64,000 nucleotides of DNA, taken from NCBI GenBank assembly GCA_965112735.1, contig OZ218962.1:310001-374000 (forward strand). The letters run 5' to 3'. The stretch is from Phaeosaccion multiseriatum (Eukaryota; Protista; Ochrophyta, other classes). Below, in pieces: positions 1-11,950 of the stretch (position 1 is its first letter; every line of letters begins with the position of its first letter). Below the pieces are notes generated by a model. That model had not been told where the DNA came from and ran no database searches. It was given only the letters and a program-made list of their open reading frames with translations. The position numbers and the translations under genes were made by a program.

Positions 1-539
1 GCATTGGTCAGGGCCTGCCCTATCCGACGCACCATGCCGCCCGTCGCCTGCTCGATCTCCAAGCGAGCTGAGGCGTCCGGCACAAAGGACGCCTTGCTGG
101 CATTCCAGATGAGCGGGGTCGTCAGCGAGCCGTCGTACTCGACAAACAAGGCGGATTCATCACCACCCGTGCCGCTGCTGGTACTGCTATCAATGCTACT
201 ATTGGCGGCTCCACTGCGGCTGCCTCCACTGCTGCTGCTGCTGCTGCTGCTGCCCTCGCTACCACTACTTCTTGTCCTCTTCCTCCCGCTCGTCGCGCTG
301 TAGTCGCCATCAGATGATGACGAGGCATTCCTGCGGCTGCCGGCAAAGGGCCGCCTCCCGCGTCGCCGTCTCCCCTGTTGACACACTTGCGCATGCTTAC
401 CGGGTCCCGCTGGCAGGCCTCTCGCAAGTCTATCACCTAGAGCACGGCGCTGAGAGTGCGTCGGTAGAAGAAGCCCGGAGGTGCTACCACCACAGAGCAC
501 AGCGACGGAGAAGAGGTGCGCACCTTTTCGAGCCCCCAT
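1..539 (-). CDS. 5' part of a probably plastid-targeted protein running off the window edge (possibly RUS1/DUF647 family)
   Basis: Open frame from ATG at 539: MGARKGAHLFSVAVLCGGSTSGLLLP (signal-like), a Ser/Arg-rich transit-like stretch, then ALFVEYDGSLTTPLIWNASKASFVPDASARLEIEQATGGMVRRIGQALTNA. No stop before position 1, so it is absent from the ORF track. The family guess is weak. Confidence 0.45.
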   Translation of the reverse strand, partial: MGARKGAHLFSVAVLCGGSTSGLLLPTHSQRRALGDRLARGLPAGPGKHAQVCQQGRRRRGRRPFAGSRRNASSSSDGDYSATSGRKRTRSSGSEGSSSSSSSSGGSRSGAANSSIDSSTSSGTGGDESALFVEYDGSLTTPLIWNASKASFVPDASARLEIEQATGGMVRRIGQALTN

Positions 540-963
540 CCTCCCCATCTGAGCCCCGCTGGCCGCGCTACTCCTCTCCCCGCTCCTTCCTTCCTCTTGC
601 AGTGGGGAAGCGTCTGCCTCTCCCACAGAGGAGCTACCGCTGTTGCTGCTGTGCGTTTCTCCAAGGACAAGCGAGGGACCAAGTCCTCTTTATTTCTCTC
701 TTTGGCCTGGCCTGTCCCTGCCCCATTGCATGGAACCCATCATCTTCGCCTTACAAAGAGGGGAAGACGCTTCTCAGAGGCTGCTACCTCTTGCCGCTCC
801 CGTAATAAATTTAATATGAGCCGAGTCCACAAAAAAAAAAGGGAAAGGGGTACTTCGTATGCCTCTAATTTTTTTCGGCTGTGCCCCCTCCCCTCTTCTT
901 GTCGTATCGTGGTTCCTCCCTGCTCTCTACAACTTCCCTTTTCGAGACACCTTACCTAAAGCC

Positions 964-1918
964 ATGGCAGACCTCGACAAGAAGGAGAGCGGCGAGGGGA
1001 AGACCGCGGCCGTGGACGGCGAGGGGTGAGTTACCGTCGCCCACAATGTCCAAAATCTTGTTTGAAATTGAGGACGGTCAAGGGCAAGGACAGCAGCATG
1101 GCTTGCCCTCTAACGTGTAGGGGCTGGACTCCCTTTGCCTCTTTCTGTCCTACTCAAGCATTTGCACTGCTCCTTGCCTAAGCGCGACCCCTCTGTACTC
1201 TTGTCACGGACCTTGCTGCAACTTCACAGCAAGAAGGTTGCGGCGGAGGAGAAGGCAGACACCGAAAAGGCCTCGGCCGCTCCCGCTTCCGAGCCCTCCG
1301 AGAAGTCCTCCGAGAAGCCGCTCTCGGAGCTCAAGAAGCCTCCTCCTGCAGCGGCAGGAGCTCGGGCAGCAGGGGCTGATGATGACGACGATGACGATGA
1401 TGAGGAGGAGGAGGAAGGCGGCAACGACAGCGACGACGGGGGGAATAGGAAGCGAAGCGCAGAAGCCGCTGCGGCAGGGGCATCCTCGTCGGCGAAGAAG
1501 AAGAAGAAGAGCAAGAAGGGGGACGACGGAGACGACTCCGACGTGTCGGACACACTACACGATATCTCGGAAGGTGGGAGCTGAGGCATGTTCGGGTTGC
1601 AAAGAGGGCCGCCTTAACACGAAGTAGCGATGCATGGGGAACGTGGCTGCCTTGGTTTTGCCTTCGTCGTCTTCTCTCGCTTTGCCCCAACCTCCCCACG
1701 GGCCATGGATCTTACCTCCAATTCCGTGCCTGTTGGTGCTGTTTGTGCCCCCCTCCCCTCTTCTCTCCAACCCAGACGAGATCGGCGCCTTAGACCAGAG
1801 CAACATTCTGCCCCGCACCTCTCGACGGAAAGCCGCCACCGTCGCCAACCTTATGAACGCTTCGGAGGTGGCCAAGTACGAGGACAGCGACGAGTCGGAG
1901 CAAGAGTTCGATCTTTGA
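964..1918 (+). CDS. Acidic histone chaperone with CHZ (Chz1-like) domain; 3 exons
   Basis: Exons 964-1025, 1230-1573 and 1776-1918 join in frame through GT-AG introns. The product has an acidic D/E tract, a basic KKKKKSKK patch and DISEDEIGALDQSNILPRTSRRK, resembling the CHZ motif (E-I-D-x-S-N-I-x-x-R-T-R). Confidence 0.75.
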
Positions 1919-3425
1919 AGTAGAGGAGCTCGACCTTTGAAGTAAAGGAGTTCCGCCTTTGAAGTAGTGTAGTGCGAGGCAGAGCCGGAGTTGTGGTCTG
2001 TGGAGTAGTAACGAGGGTGACACTGATGCGACTCTATCGGGCTCGGTAGGAGGGGAGAAGACGGGACTGGACAGAATAGGAGGAGAGGGGGGAGGAGTAC
2101 GAACGAAAAGTAGCTCCATCAGAGACCCACCCAGCGCCACCACCATCAGCAGCAGCAGCAGCAGCAGCAGCAGGACCGCCATCGGACGGGACATGGCATC
2201 TGCTATTGCTATTGCAGTGCCATTGCAGGAGAGGAGGGCGTTGGTGCTGCCGCTGCTGCTGATGCTCCGTACGTGATGGAGCGCGGGGTGAAAACGCGGG
2301 GGGTGGCGCTCCCCCCTGCGGCAGCGGGTCGAGAGCTGTCGAGAGTGTCGAGAGCAAGTGCTCGCCATCACATTGGGGCCCAAATTGGCCCTTGCGCGGT
2401 CTTGTGATGGGCGGTATCGGTCCTGCTGAGGCCGAAAAGCTTCTCTCCAGGCTCTTGTTCTGAATGGGCCTTGGGGCAGGGGGCGCGAGAGGAGCCTACT
2501 GCGTCCAGTTTAGGTGCAGAGTCATGTGTCGACCCCCCATCTCGATCTCAAGCTCAAACCTCAATAGGAGTAGGAGGCCCAGCATAATAACGGCTTGCCT
2601 GGGATACTCGACACGCTGTTCTCGGCCAAGGCCCTACTTCGCCCCCTCTCTTGAGGACCTCTCTTCTCCCTCTCCTCCCTCTTCTCCCTCTGCTCCCTCT
2701 CCTCCCTCTCTCGGTGCTCGGCAGGAGAAAGCCGCACAAGTGGAGACCCCTCCTGCATGCAAACAGCCGCCCTGACGGCCCTGACTGGGGCACAAAGCCA
2801 ACAAGTCCCAAGCGAGACAAGACACCACACGAGAGCACGCTTCCCCGTACAGTTACATCAGTATTACATACACTATTGTAGCGGCATGGCAAAGTGCCGC
2901 TGCCTCGACAGGAGCCAGGAGCGCAGACACACACACACACACACACACACGCGTCCATGTTCTGCCTAAAACCCCCTCCCATCCGATCCACTCCCTGCCT
3001 CGCGGTCCTGCTCCTCCCCACTGCCTTACTGCTGCCTGCGTTGCGGCTGTGCCTTGCTGCTCCTGGCGGAGTCAGTGCTGAGCACAGACGCAAAGGTGCC
3101 CCCGCAGAGACGCGACGGACGGCACACAGACAGGCCTTTCTCCTCCTCCTCGTGTTGGTCGCACGTCTGAACCACATGTGAGTGTAGAGATGGGCCGTGC
3201 GTCTCAGCCCCTCCTCCCGCCTGCCGCCGTGCCTCAGTCTCAGCCTGGTCGGAGGTCGAAGGAAGAACAAACAACACCGCGCGCCCCCCGCTGCGGCTGC
3301 TGCGGCTGCTGCGGCTGGTACACCACTGGTGGCGCTTCTCAGCAGCTGACGATAAGAGATGTCGATATCCGACTGGCCTATCCCTTCTTGGCCTTGCCGA
3401 CCCCCTTCTTGCTCTATAACTACTT

Positions 3426-4234
3426 CTATGCCTTGTCTGTGGGGGTCGACTGGGGGGCCCATTTGTTCGGAGTCTCATTGACCTCGTTGAAGGCGCCGTT
3501 TGTCCGTGTTTCCAGATCCTGCCGGGGGAGGGGGGAGGGGCGTGAGCGGGTGTGGTTAGAGAAGGAGACAGGCAAGACTGTACACCAGTCTCGCAGAGTC
3601 AACAACACAGGCCACAGAGATGCGACAACCAGCGGTGCAGACCCAATACATCCCCACTCCTCCCCAGTCGGGGTGCTTGTATTCGCACTTGAACAAGAAG
3701 GGAGGCAGGGATGCAGCCACGGGGAGTGTGTGCGTCTGTCTGACAGCCGACGCACACCCTCCTCACTCTTCCCAGACCCCCCCCAAGTAAGAACCTCGGT
3801 CTGTGCTCACCTCTCTTTTGACCCTCCCTCCCTGATACGCCGCGCCTCCGCACATCGCCAGCACCGCTGCTCCCTGGGCAAGCACTCTACCACGCATCAT
3901 GTTCTGGAGGATTTCAAGAAAAGGAAGGAGGGGGAGGACTTAGAGCAAGGAGGACGAAGGCAACTTACCCTCACCACCCTGACTCTCAACTCCTGCCACC
4001 CAAAGAGGATCGTGTTCAATTCCCTATCTTGCTCCTACGCCCCCCCTCCTCCCCCTGTCCGCGCGCACACACCTGCTGAAACCGCTTGTCCTTGCCCCTC
4101 AAAAAGCTTCCCACACCCACTGCGAGAAAGCCCACAGTCGCCAAGCAGAAGATGGGCACCAGCGGCTCCTTCCCAAACTTCCGGATGGCCTTCTCTTGAA
4201 AGGTCTCCTCATGCTCTCCGTCCGCTGCGCTCAT
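3426..4234 (-). CDS. HIG1-domain (Rcf1/HIGD2-like) mitochondrial inner-membrane protein
   Basis: Exons 4234-4073 (ETFQEKAIRKFGKEPLVPIFCLATVGFLAVGVGSF), 3903-3811 (NMMRGRVLAQG) and probably 3518-3426. The 'EK..RK..EPLVP' and 'MMR.RV.AQG' motifs are typical of HIG1. Confidence 0.85.
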
Positions 4235-4530
4235 CCTTCTGCTCCTCTTTGACCTTGCGCTGCTTTGTTTTGTTTTCTGGCCAAGATTCCTGACAGTATC
4301 GTGCACCCCTGTGAGTCCGAGAGTGAATAACAACACGCGAACATACTCGACCCCCATCAATTTTCCCCATCCGTCACATACATTTATAATCATCGATCTT
4401 TACATACATTTAATCATCGATCTTTACATCCTTCTGTCGCCCGCAAGCCCGAAAACCCTTCCCTTCGCCAACGTTGCTTCAGAGTGATATACAACTACCC
4501 AGGACTATGTGACAGAAGGGGGGCTGGATC

Positions 4531-6579
4531 ATGGGGAGCCTAAATCTCGCCGAGGAAGCCAACCCGAAGAAAAGGCAGAAGACAACCTCGACGACAAAGC
4601 CTGCCTTCTCCGCTTCGACCGCCATCGACAGTAGACAAGGGGGGAGGGGAAGAAAGGGGTCGGCAGCCGTTGACCGTAGAGCGGGGGGGAGGGCAGGAGA
4701 GGAGCTCGGCGGCGATGAGGCGCCTCCTGAGAGCGGCACCGCTGCTGCGATCCACTGGGACTCACCGCTTTCGATCGGACACGACCGTTTAAGCCCCTCG
4801 TCTGAGGAGCCAGAGGAGAGCGCTGCTAGGGAATTCAAAGAACAAGAGAGCTCCGCCTTCAGCTTCAGGCCGATGGGGAGCAGTGCTGATGAAAAGGAAG
4901 CGTCTATCCTTATGATGATCACTCCCTCTCGACCAATGTCGCCGATGAACGGCAGAAGACGTTGGTATTGCCACATCGGCGCCTGCCCAAGCGTTGCAAC
5001 AATCTCCGGCAAGTGCAAGAAGCACCACCGCATGTGGATCAAGGCCAAGAGGGCCAAGAGTCGGACGACTCCGGCCAGGGCCAGCACCATGGAGCTCCGT
5101 GAGCCTGCCTCCCCTGCTTCGACTGCTGCTGTCAGTACAGAGGAGAGGGGGACCGGGGACTCCGGTGGAGAGGAGAAGCGGACCGATGAGCGTGGCACGA
5201 ATGCTTCGACCAAGTGGAAGCCACCTCTCTCCATCCAACGCGACAGCTTGCGCCCCTGTTCGGAGGAGCCGGAGGAGATTGCTGCTTGCGAACTCAACGA
5301 AGAAGAGAGCTCCGCCTGCAGCTTCAGGCCGGTGGAGAGCAGTGCTGATGAAGAGGAAGACTCTATTATCATGGTGGTCATGCCCTCTCGACCGATGTCG
5401 CCGAGGAACGGCCGAAGGCGTTGGTATTGCCACATCGGCGCCTGCCCAAGCATTGCAAAGAAATCCGGCAAGTGCAACAAGCACCACCGCATGTGGAGCA
5501 GGGCCAAGTGGGTCGAGGAGGAAGGGGCTAGGCCTCAGAGCTCCGCTGCCGCGACTGACGGTGGAAAAAGCAAGCCTGATGACAGCTTACGGAGAGGGGT
5601 GTGGACGGTGGAGGAGGAGGAGTACGCAGCTGCTGTCATTCACCACTTCAGCAGGGGCTCCCTGCCCACGCCGTTACAGGAGGGCACGTCTCTGTTGGCC
5701 TTCCTCGCTGAGAAGCTGGCATGCAGCACCAGGCGAGTTCAAAGAAAGTTCCATGGTCTCATACATTGGAGCAGCATGAAGCAAGCGCATCACAGCGCCC
5801 TCTCGGGGGTGGAGCGCGACAAGGTGGAGACAGAGCTCCGGGAGCTGGAGGCAAGGTTCCAGGCGGGCCTGGACTCGGCCTCAGGACAGGCCCTTGTCGA
5901 CTCGGAGACGGCCCCTCTCGTATCCTCGGGGGGGTTGTCCCCTCCCCCCCTGCCGCAGGGGGTTGGACCGGACGCGGTCGGTAGCGCTGAGTCTGGTGGG
6001 GAGACGAAGGCTGGCCAAGAGCTTCGAAAGGAAGGGACAGGGCTGTCAGCGGGTGATGGTCTTGAAGTAGAGGAGCGGGGTGATGAGCAAGCGGTGCCTC
6101 TGAGGGGAGAGGCCTCAGTCGAACACGGTGTCGAGAGGGAGGAGGAGGCCAAGGCAGCTGCCCCTGGGGGCACGCTGAGTATCGGGGACGAGGTGGAGCT
6201 GCCTAACAAGCGCTGGAGGAAGCTTGACGACCACTTCCCGGCTGACTTGGACGGAGAGGGGCAAGAGGAGGCCGTGGGCGCGACTTCGAGGGGCGTGGTC
6301 GTGACGGTATGCTCCAAGAAAGTCCGGCTTCTCCCCCTCTACGCTGTAGGAGCCGAGTACATGCGGGGAGGGAAGCTCAGCAGTGGCGATGCTGCAGCGG
6401 TCAGAGGCTTCTTGAAGGCCTATCTGGAGGCCTACGATGCCTTCGAGGAGCTGAGCGAGACTCTCCCGAGGGAGTGGGCAGCGCTGGCGAGGCGAGTGGT
6501 GGTGGTGAGAGAGAAGAAGCAGGAGGGGAGGAAGGCGCGGAGAGAGATACGCCGCATCGAGGGGCCAAGCTATCTGTGA
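4531..6579 (+). CDS. Intronless 682-aa putative transcription factor: two C-x4-C-x8-C-x2-H fingers plus a stramenopile-type Myb-like 'LRRGxWT' domain
   Basis: WYCHIGACPS..SGKCxKHH occurs twice. LRRGVWTVEEEEYAAAVIHHFSRGSLP..GTSLLAFLAEKLACSTRRVQRKF matches a motif I recognise from oomycete/diatom proteins. Confidence 0.7.
   Translation: MGSLNLAEEANPKKRQKTTSTTKPAFSASTAIDSRQGGRGRKGSAAVDRRAGGRAGEELGGDEAPPESGTAAAIHWDSPLSIGHDRLSPSSEEPEESAAREFKEQESSAFSFRPMGSSADEKEASILMMITPSRPMSPMNGRRRWYCHIGACPSVATISGKCKKHHRMWIKAKRAKSRTTPARASTMELREPASPASTAAVSTEERGTGDSGGEEKRTDERGTNASTKWKPPLSIQRDSLRPCSEEPEEIAACELNEEESSACSFRPVESSADEEEDSIIMVVMPSRPMSPRNGRRRWYCHIGACPSIAKKSGKCNKHHRMWSRAKWVEEEGARPQSSAAATDGGKSKPDDSLRRGVWTVEEEEYAAAVIHHFSRGSLPTPLQEGTSLLAFLAEKLACSTRRVQRKFHGLIHWSSMKQAHHSALSGVERDKVETELRELEARFQAGLDSASGQALVDSETAPLVSSGGLSPPPLPQGVGPDAVGSAESGGETKAGQELRKEGTGLSAGDGLEVEERGDEQAVPLRGEASVEHGVEREEEAKAAAPGGTLSIGDEVELPNKRWRKLDDHFPADLDGEGQEEAVGATSRGVVVTVCSKKVRLLPLYAVGAEYMRGGKLSSGDAAAVRGFLKAYLEAYDAFEELSETLPREWAALARRVVVVREKKQEGRKARREIRRIEGPSYL
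4750..5510 (+). repeat. Intragenic duplication, two ~300-bp copies (~4750-5050 and ~5215-5510)
   Basis: Near-identical DNA, e.g. gaagagagctccgcct..agcttcaggcc and cgttggtattgccacatcggcgcctgcccaagc, is present twice. Confidence 0.85.
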
Positions 6580-6714
6580 GTCAGTGAGCTAGTATACTAG
6601 TACGTAGGAGTACATTCTTTTTTTAATTTGTGGGATCACTGCAATAGTTGTACAGAGCAAGCCTGGCAGCCAGGCGGGCCATTGGGTGCCATTTCTTCTG
6701 CTGCGAGAGTCCAC

Positions 6715-7030
6715 TCCCGCCCCCTCGACTCTCTCGCTCGTTTCGAGGCAGTCATCTCTCTCCCCTTCAATGAGAGTCTTGCTTCGTTCGCTTGGAAGCG
6801 TCATCGGCTCCGCGCATGCCTGCGGCCACTTCCAGCATGGTCTCGGAACAGACGCCCCTCTCCTGCGGCGGTAGGCCCCTCTCCTTGCCGAAGGTCAAGT
6901 CGCACGTCCGCATAATGTCCGCAGGGCTTTGCGAGTCGAAGTACCGCTTGTCTGCAACCAGAAGATGATGAAGGACCTTTTGCAGGGCACGACGCGCTCG
7001 AGTCAGAGCCTTGCCCACAGACGCAGCGCC
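6715..7030 (-). pseudogene. Truncated 3' remnant of the ankyrin gene family found at 61393-63222
   Basis: ASVGKALT...ADKRYFDSQSPADIMRTCDLTFGKERGLPPQERGV..LEVAAGMRGADDAS aligns with the C-terminus of the 61393-63222 ORF. Sequence beyond the stop is also similar. No ankyrin repeats upstream. Confidence 0.8.
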
Positions 7031-7118
7031 AACGCCTCCACGCCGCCATTGAAGTACACCGCCATTGAAGTACACCGCCATGACGAGTGGAGCCCATTGC
7101 GCTGGCTCTGAACATCCT

Positions 7119-9206
7119 TCACTCTTGCAGCACGAAAGACTCCTGAGCCTTGCGCGCTCGCGCCTCCCTTCTCCTTCGGTACCGCTGAGTCCAGCGCAAG
7201 GATCCCCGCGCCCGAACCGCCAGAGCATCGCGGCTGCCGTCGGCCCCTCCATCCCCACCTCGACCCCCTTCCTTTCCCCTCCTCCCTCCGTACAAGAAGC
7301 GGTTCTCCTTGTCCCTCACTCGCTCCTCTTGCTCTTCTTCGGCCGCCTTCTGCTGCAAGCGCATTGAGTCAAGGACCCAGGCCATGTCTTCGTCCCCACT
7401 CCTGCCCGCAACACCACGCTCTTCCTCCTCCTCCTCCTCCTCCTCCTCCTCCTCCTCCTCCTCCTCCTCCTCCTTCCCGCCTCCCCCCCCCTCTGAGACT
7501 CGTGCTCCCCAGTCTTCTCCCCAGGTGTGCGCCACTCCGAAGCGAAGGCTGGACTGCAGCAGAAAGCCCTGCCGCAGCACCGCCCCTAGCAGGAGCAGTT
7601 CCTTGGCACTAGCGGGGGCCAGCTGCACCACCTGGTCGGCGTACGGGCTGGTGAGCTGCAGCACAAAGCCAGTGGGGGCGGCGAAGTCCCCCAACGCGCA
7701 TTGGAGCACTCTCAAGCCGCAGTTCCGCAGCAGAGAGAGCCTCCGCCAGTCGCCATATGTCTCTTGCCGAGCCATCCCTCCTCCTCCTCCTCCTCCTCCT
7801 CCTGCTGCTGCTGCTCCTCTTCTCCTCCTCCTGCCGCCGATCGTGCCACCAGCCTTACCAGCGTCAGATAAGGTCTGGGTTCCTAAGATGCGGCCGCTGC
7901 GGGTCAGGAAGCTTCGTCCTCCTCCTCCTGCTGCTCCTCTTTCCCTTGTCCATTCCTCCTCCTCCTCCTCCTCCTCCTCCCCCTTCTCCTCCTCTCCCCT
8001 GTGCACTCCCCCTCCTCTGCCCGCCGAGCCCCCCTTCCCCCCGAAGAATCGCCTTGCCGCCCACACCACGCTGCCGTTGATCAGCAGCCCGCCCCTCTCC
8101 CACGGCTGTCCGTCGGGGTCCTGCCCTGCCCGGAGCGCCTTGACCAAGCAAGTCGTGCTGCGAGTCGTGGGTTCGAGTCCCTGCGCGAGGCGAACCTCCG
8201 CCAGAGCCCACACATCTGCCGTAATCTGCTCCACGCCTACGCCGTGTATTCGAACCACCGGCCGTGAAGGGGGAGCCGACGCTGACGCTGCCACTGAGGC
8301 TGAGGCCGAGGATGAAGCCACTCGTCTCTCCCCTCCTCCGCCGACTCCTCCTTCCCCCGCTTCCCTGACGCGCTCGTCGCCTATCGTCCCAGTCCTGACA
8401 CCTATCGTCCCAGTCCTGACACCTGGTGCCATCGCATCGCCAGAGGCAGCAGCTCCAGCTCCAGCTCCGGTATTTGCCGACGGGAGGGGCTCTTCAGCAA
8501 GTATCAGGCCTGAGAACGCCTCACGCGCTGTCAGCTGCCGGCGATGACCCCCCTGGGGCTTCCACGCCCCCCCCGGGGTGGGAGGAGAGGTCTCTCCCTC
8601 CGCAAACGGCTCCAGCTGCCGCCTCTGCTCTCCCTCTCTCCGCCTCCTGAGTGCGAGGGACGAAGGGGCCGTGGTGAGGCTTCTCCGGTGATGCCTCCCT
8701 GTTACTGGGCCCCTCGCTCCTGCTGCCGTTGCGCCCACCGAGCCCAACAAGCCTGCACCCCTCCCCCCGGCGTCTGATAGAGCGCCGCTGCCTCCCAGCC
8801 TGCCGATGCTGCTGCTGGCCCGCCTCCTGTGTGCACCTCCTCTGGAACTGACTGCGCTTCCGGGAAGGAAGGGAGACGGGAGTCCCGCCCCTCCCATGGA
8901 CCGTCTGCTCAAGCGCTTCTCCCTTGGGCTTGGGTTGAGGCTGCTGCTGCCTGTTCCTCCCAAGGGCGAGGTCCCAATGGAAGACGACATGGGAGACAGC
9001 CAGTCTCGCTCTTCTGCTGCTGTATCACCAACTGCTGCTGCCATACCGGGAGGTCTGGCGAACATGCTAACCCTACTCTCCCGCATTGCACCGCCCGAGG
9101 CCCGACTGTATGCTCCTCTTCCTGCTCCTCTGAGACCATCGAGGAAGGCCAGGCTTCTTTTCCGTGACAGCGGAGGGGGGAGATTTGCGCTGTCCGACTC
9201 GCCCGT

Positions 9207-9238
<32 letters not shown>

Positions 9239-10750
9239 CGCTGACAAGAGCGACATCATTACGACCCATTCCTCCATGTCCATCTTGGGTATGACCCCGA
9301 ACCTCGCCCTCTCCCTGCATGGGTTGTGAAACAGAGGGAGCAGATTCAGCGAGCCGATCGCGCACGCTTGGGACTCCTGTATCGGTCTCGATGTCACCCC
9401 TTTGCTCCAGACTCTTCCTGCTCTGAACTGTAGCGGGACTGTCGGTGTCGAGGCCTGTGCTCTCCCGAATGAGGCTACGTCTCGCTCTCCTGCCGCCCTC
9501 GTGCCCTTCCGGGAGGAGAGGTGTAGACGGTGCGGAGGACTGTTGTGGTTGGTCAGCCAGGGGGGGTGGGAGGGTAACAGCAACAGCAACAGCAAGAAGG
9601 TCAGGAGGAGGGAAGGGCCAGGAACAGGCATAAGGCGAGGGGAGGAAGAGGGCCGCGGGGCGATACTATTTGAGCAGATGGACAAATGGGGCGATACATT
9701 TGAGCAGCTGGACAGACAAATGGGGAAGAAGTCAGTCACGCAATCCATTGCTCACCCCAATTTCGCTCCCCTCCAGCGCAGAAACACCGGCCTTAAATGG
9801 AGAAGACGGAGGCCCCTGCGGCTCCGACTGCTGCTGCTCCTTTTGAGATGTGTAATACCACGCCGCGCCTCCTCGGCCTCCCAACGCTGCTGCAGCGGGG
9901 ACCACACCCTTCTGCTCTGCAGCCTCATTGCCATCTGCCACCCCTTCCCTCTGCTGGAGAGGAGAGGCGCCGACCGAGGACCCCCTCCGCCGCACCAGAC
10001 TCCCCTTCCGCGTCAACACCCTTACCCCGCTGCTGCTGCCCCTGCCGTGGCGGATGGGTTTGGTGGGCGGCCATCTGCTCGACAGGCTTCCCTTCTGCGC
10101 TCTCGTCGCATGGATCGGGGGAGAGGACGGGTTACTGTCGAGGTCGCCGGAATTGTTCAGGATGTTCTGCTTGCTGCTGCTGCTCACCACTAGCGACTGG
10201 CGCAGCCTTCGCACCTCGGCTCGGGCGTCGTCCTTGAGTCGCGCTTGCCTTGCCCACTCCCTCTCCGCGTCGATTCCAGGCAAGGAAAACGCAATCGACT
10301 TCCTCCCATTGTGCCGCCCTCCACCGGTGGTGACTCCCCGCCTTGCCTTGTTATTGCTGCTAAGATTGCTGGTGCCTTGCCCATTCTCTCCTTTCGGTGG
10401 CAACGGGGGAGTCGTAGCTGGGGGTGCTACTCCTGCGGCCGCCGCGTCCGTCACAGCGCTCCCCAGCTTCGACTGGGCTCGCTTGGCGCCAGACGAAGGC
10501 GTCACGGGGTGGTGCCCCACACTGCTGCTGCGTCTGTTTCGCCTGTTGGTCGGCCCTCGGAAGGGGCACTCTCCGCCAGCCTCATAGAAGCCCATCTGTT
10601 CAAGGTCCTCTCTCAAGAACTGGCGAGGGCCGACAGCGAAGATATAAAGAAGTCGAAGAGAAGGCACGAGGGGAGGAGGTACACTGGCAGTTTAAGGGCT
10701 TGGGGCCACGGGTTTGAGCAAGGAGAGAGAGAGGGAGAGAGAGAGGGAGG

Positions 10751-10797
<47 letters not shown>

Positions 10798-11067
10798 AGA
10801 GAGGAGAGAGACGGGGGGAGGGAGAAGAGAGAGAGAGCATAAGCATTAGCGCTAAAAGATCAGAACAGACCACTGAAGGAAAAAAAGGAGAAAGGAGTAG
10901 CGGAATCGGGATTTTCTCACCTCCTCCACCCTCCCGTCCGCCTGAGCGGACGCCAGGCCACCGGGGTTGGTGGCTTGCTTCAGAGCCACCGCCCTATCCA
11001 GCACATTCTTCCGGGTTATACCGCTGCTGGTACGGCCCCTCCTGTGTCTGTGTGCAGCAGCGGCCAT
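7119..11067 (-). CDS. Large low-complexity hypothetical protein (multi-exon)
   Basis: Co-oriented long ORFs 11067-10921, ~10620-9756 and 9365-7119 are separated by plausible GT-AG introns. There is a globular-looking stretch near the C-terminus (VVRIHGVGVEQITADVWALAEVRL...FVLQLTSPY). No family recognised and exon boundaries are approximate. Confidence 0.55.
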
Positions 11068-11803
11068 GCGTGTGTGTGTGAGGGGAAGTGAGGGAGGCAG
11101 TTGGGGACGTTGAATTTGCGAAAGCGGTAGCGGGAAAATGCACCCTGCTGCTTGCTGCTGCTAGTGCGTATGTCGTAGGCGTCAAAGACGAACACTTATG
11201 GCCCTGTAAGAAGTCTCGCACGTGCTCATGGGGGGCACCCTGCCCGCGAGAGGAAGAGGAATTGTGTGATAGGTGTCGCTTTCCATGACATAATACGTTC
11301 ACTTTTCACTTCCCCTCTTTTCAGGCGCTTTGTTTTTCTCCTCTCCTTTTTCCTTTTTCCTTTTTTTGTTTTTTTTTGGGAATTTAATTTTAGTTCATGA
11401 AGTGTGGCAAACTTTTGAGGAGGAGAGGAGTTGTGGAGGTGGAAGGTTTTTTTTTTTTTTCAGGTATCGGCCTAGGGAGTGGAGGGGTGGGAGTGTGAAT
11501 ATCAAGGTTCAAGTGCACAAGAAAAGCAGAGAAAAAGGCAAGCAGCCTCTGTAGTGATAAACCGAGGAGAGAGGAGAGACGGGAAATACAAATACGCAGT
11601 GAATAGAAGAGTGAGAGTTGAGAAGGACCCCGTGGCAATACACATGTATTGGACCGAACGAACGAACTGGGTGACTCTCTGACTAATGTGTAACGCTACA
11701 TGCGCACTTATCTGCGCTTGTATCTAGCCTACAGACAAGATGCGCGTCCCATGAGATCCTTGACATATGGTGATACTTCCTCCATGGCACCCCAGACTCA
11801 GTT

Positions 11804-11917
11804 TCAGATGGCGAAGAAGGACACGTCGTCGTACACCTTGGCTGCGCACTTCTTACAGCTCTTGTTGCGGGAGCTGGCCTTGGCGCAAGCAGTGCACAGG
11901 ACTGGGCGCGGGGGGGG

Positions 11918-11950
<33 letters not shown>

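Noticed and set aside
1950-3400. Possible gene(s) among several 100-370 aa ORFs
   Set aside because: No recognisable domain, no consistent spliced model, and low-complexity content. Probably UTR or intergenic, though a gene cannot be excluded.
7309-8547. Long antisense ORFs (also 4479-5507, 39790-40680, 57549-58556, 60883-61863)
   Set aside because: Shadow frames of GC-rich coding sequence on the opposite strand, with no independent domain signal.
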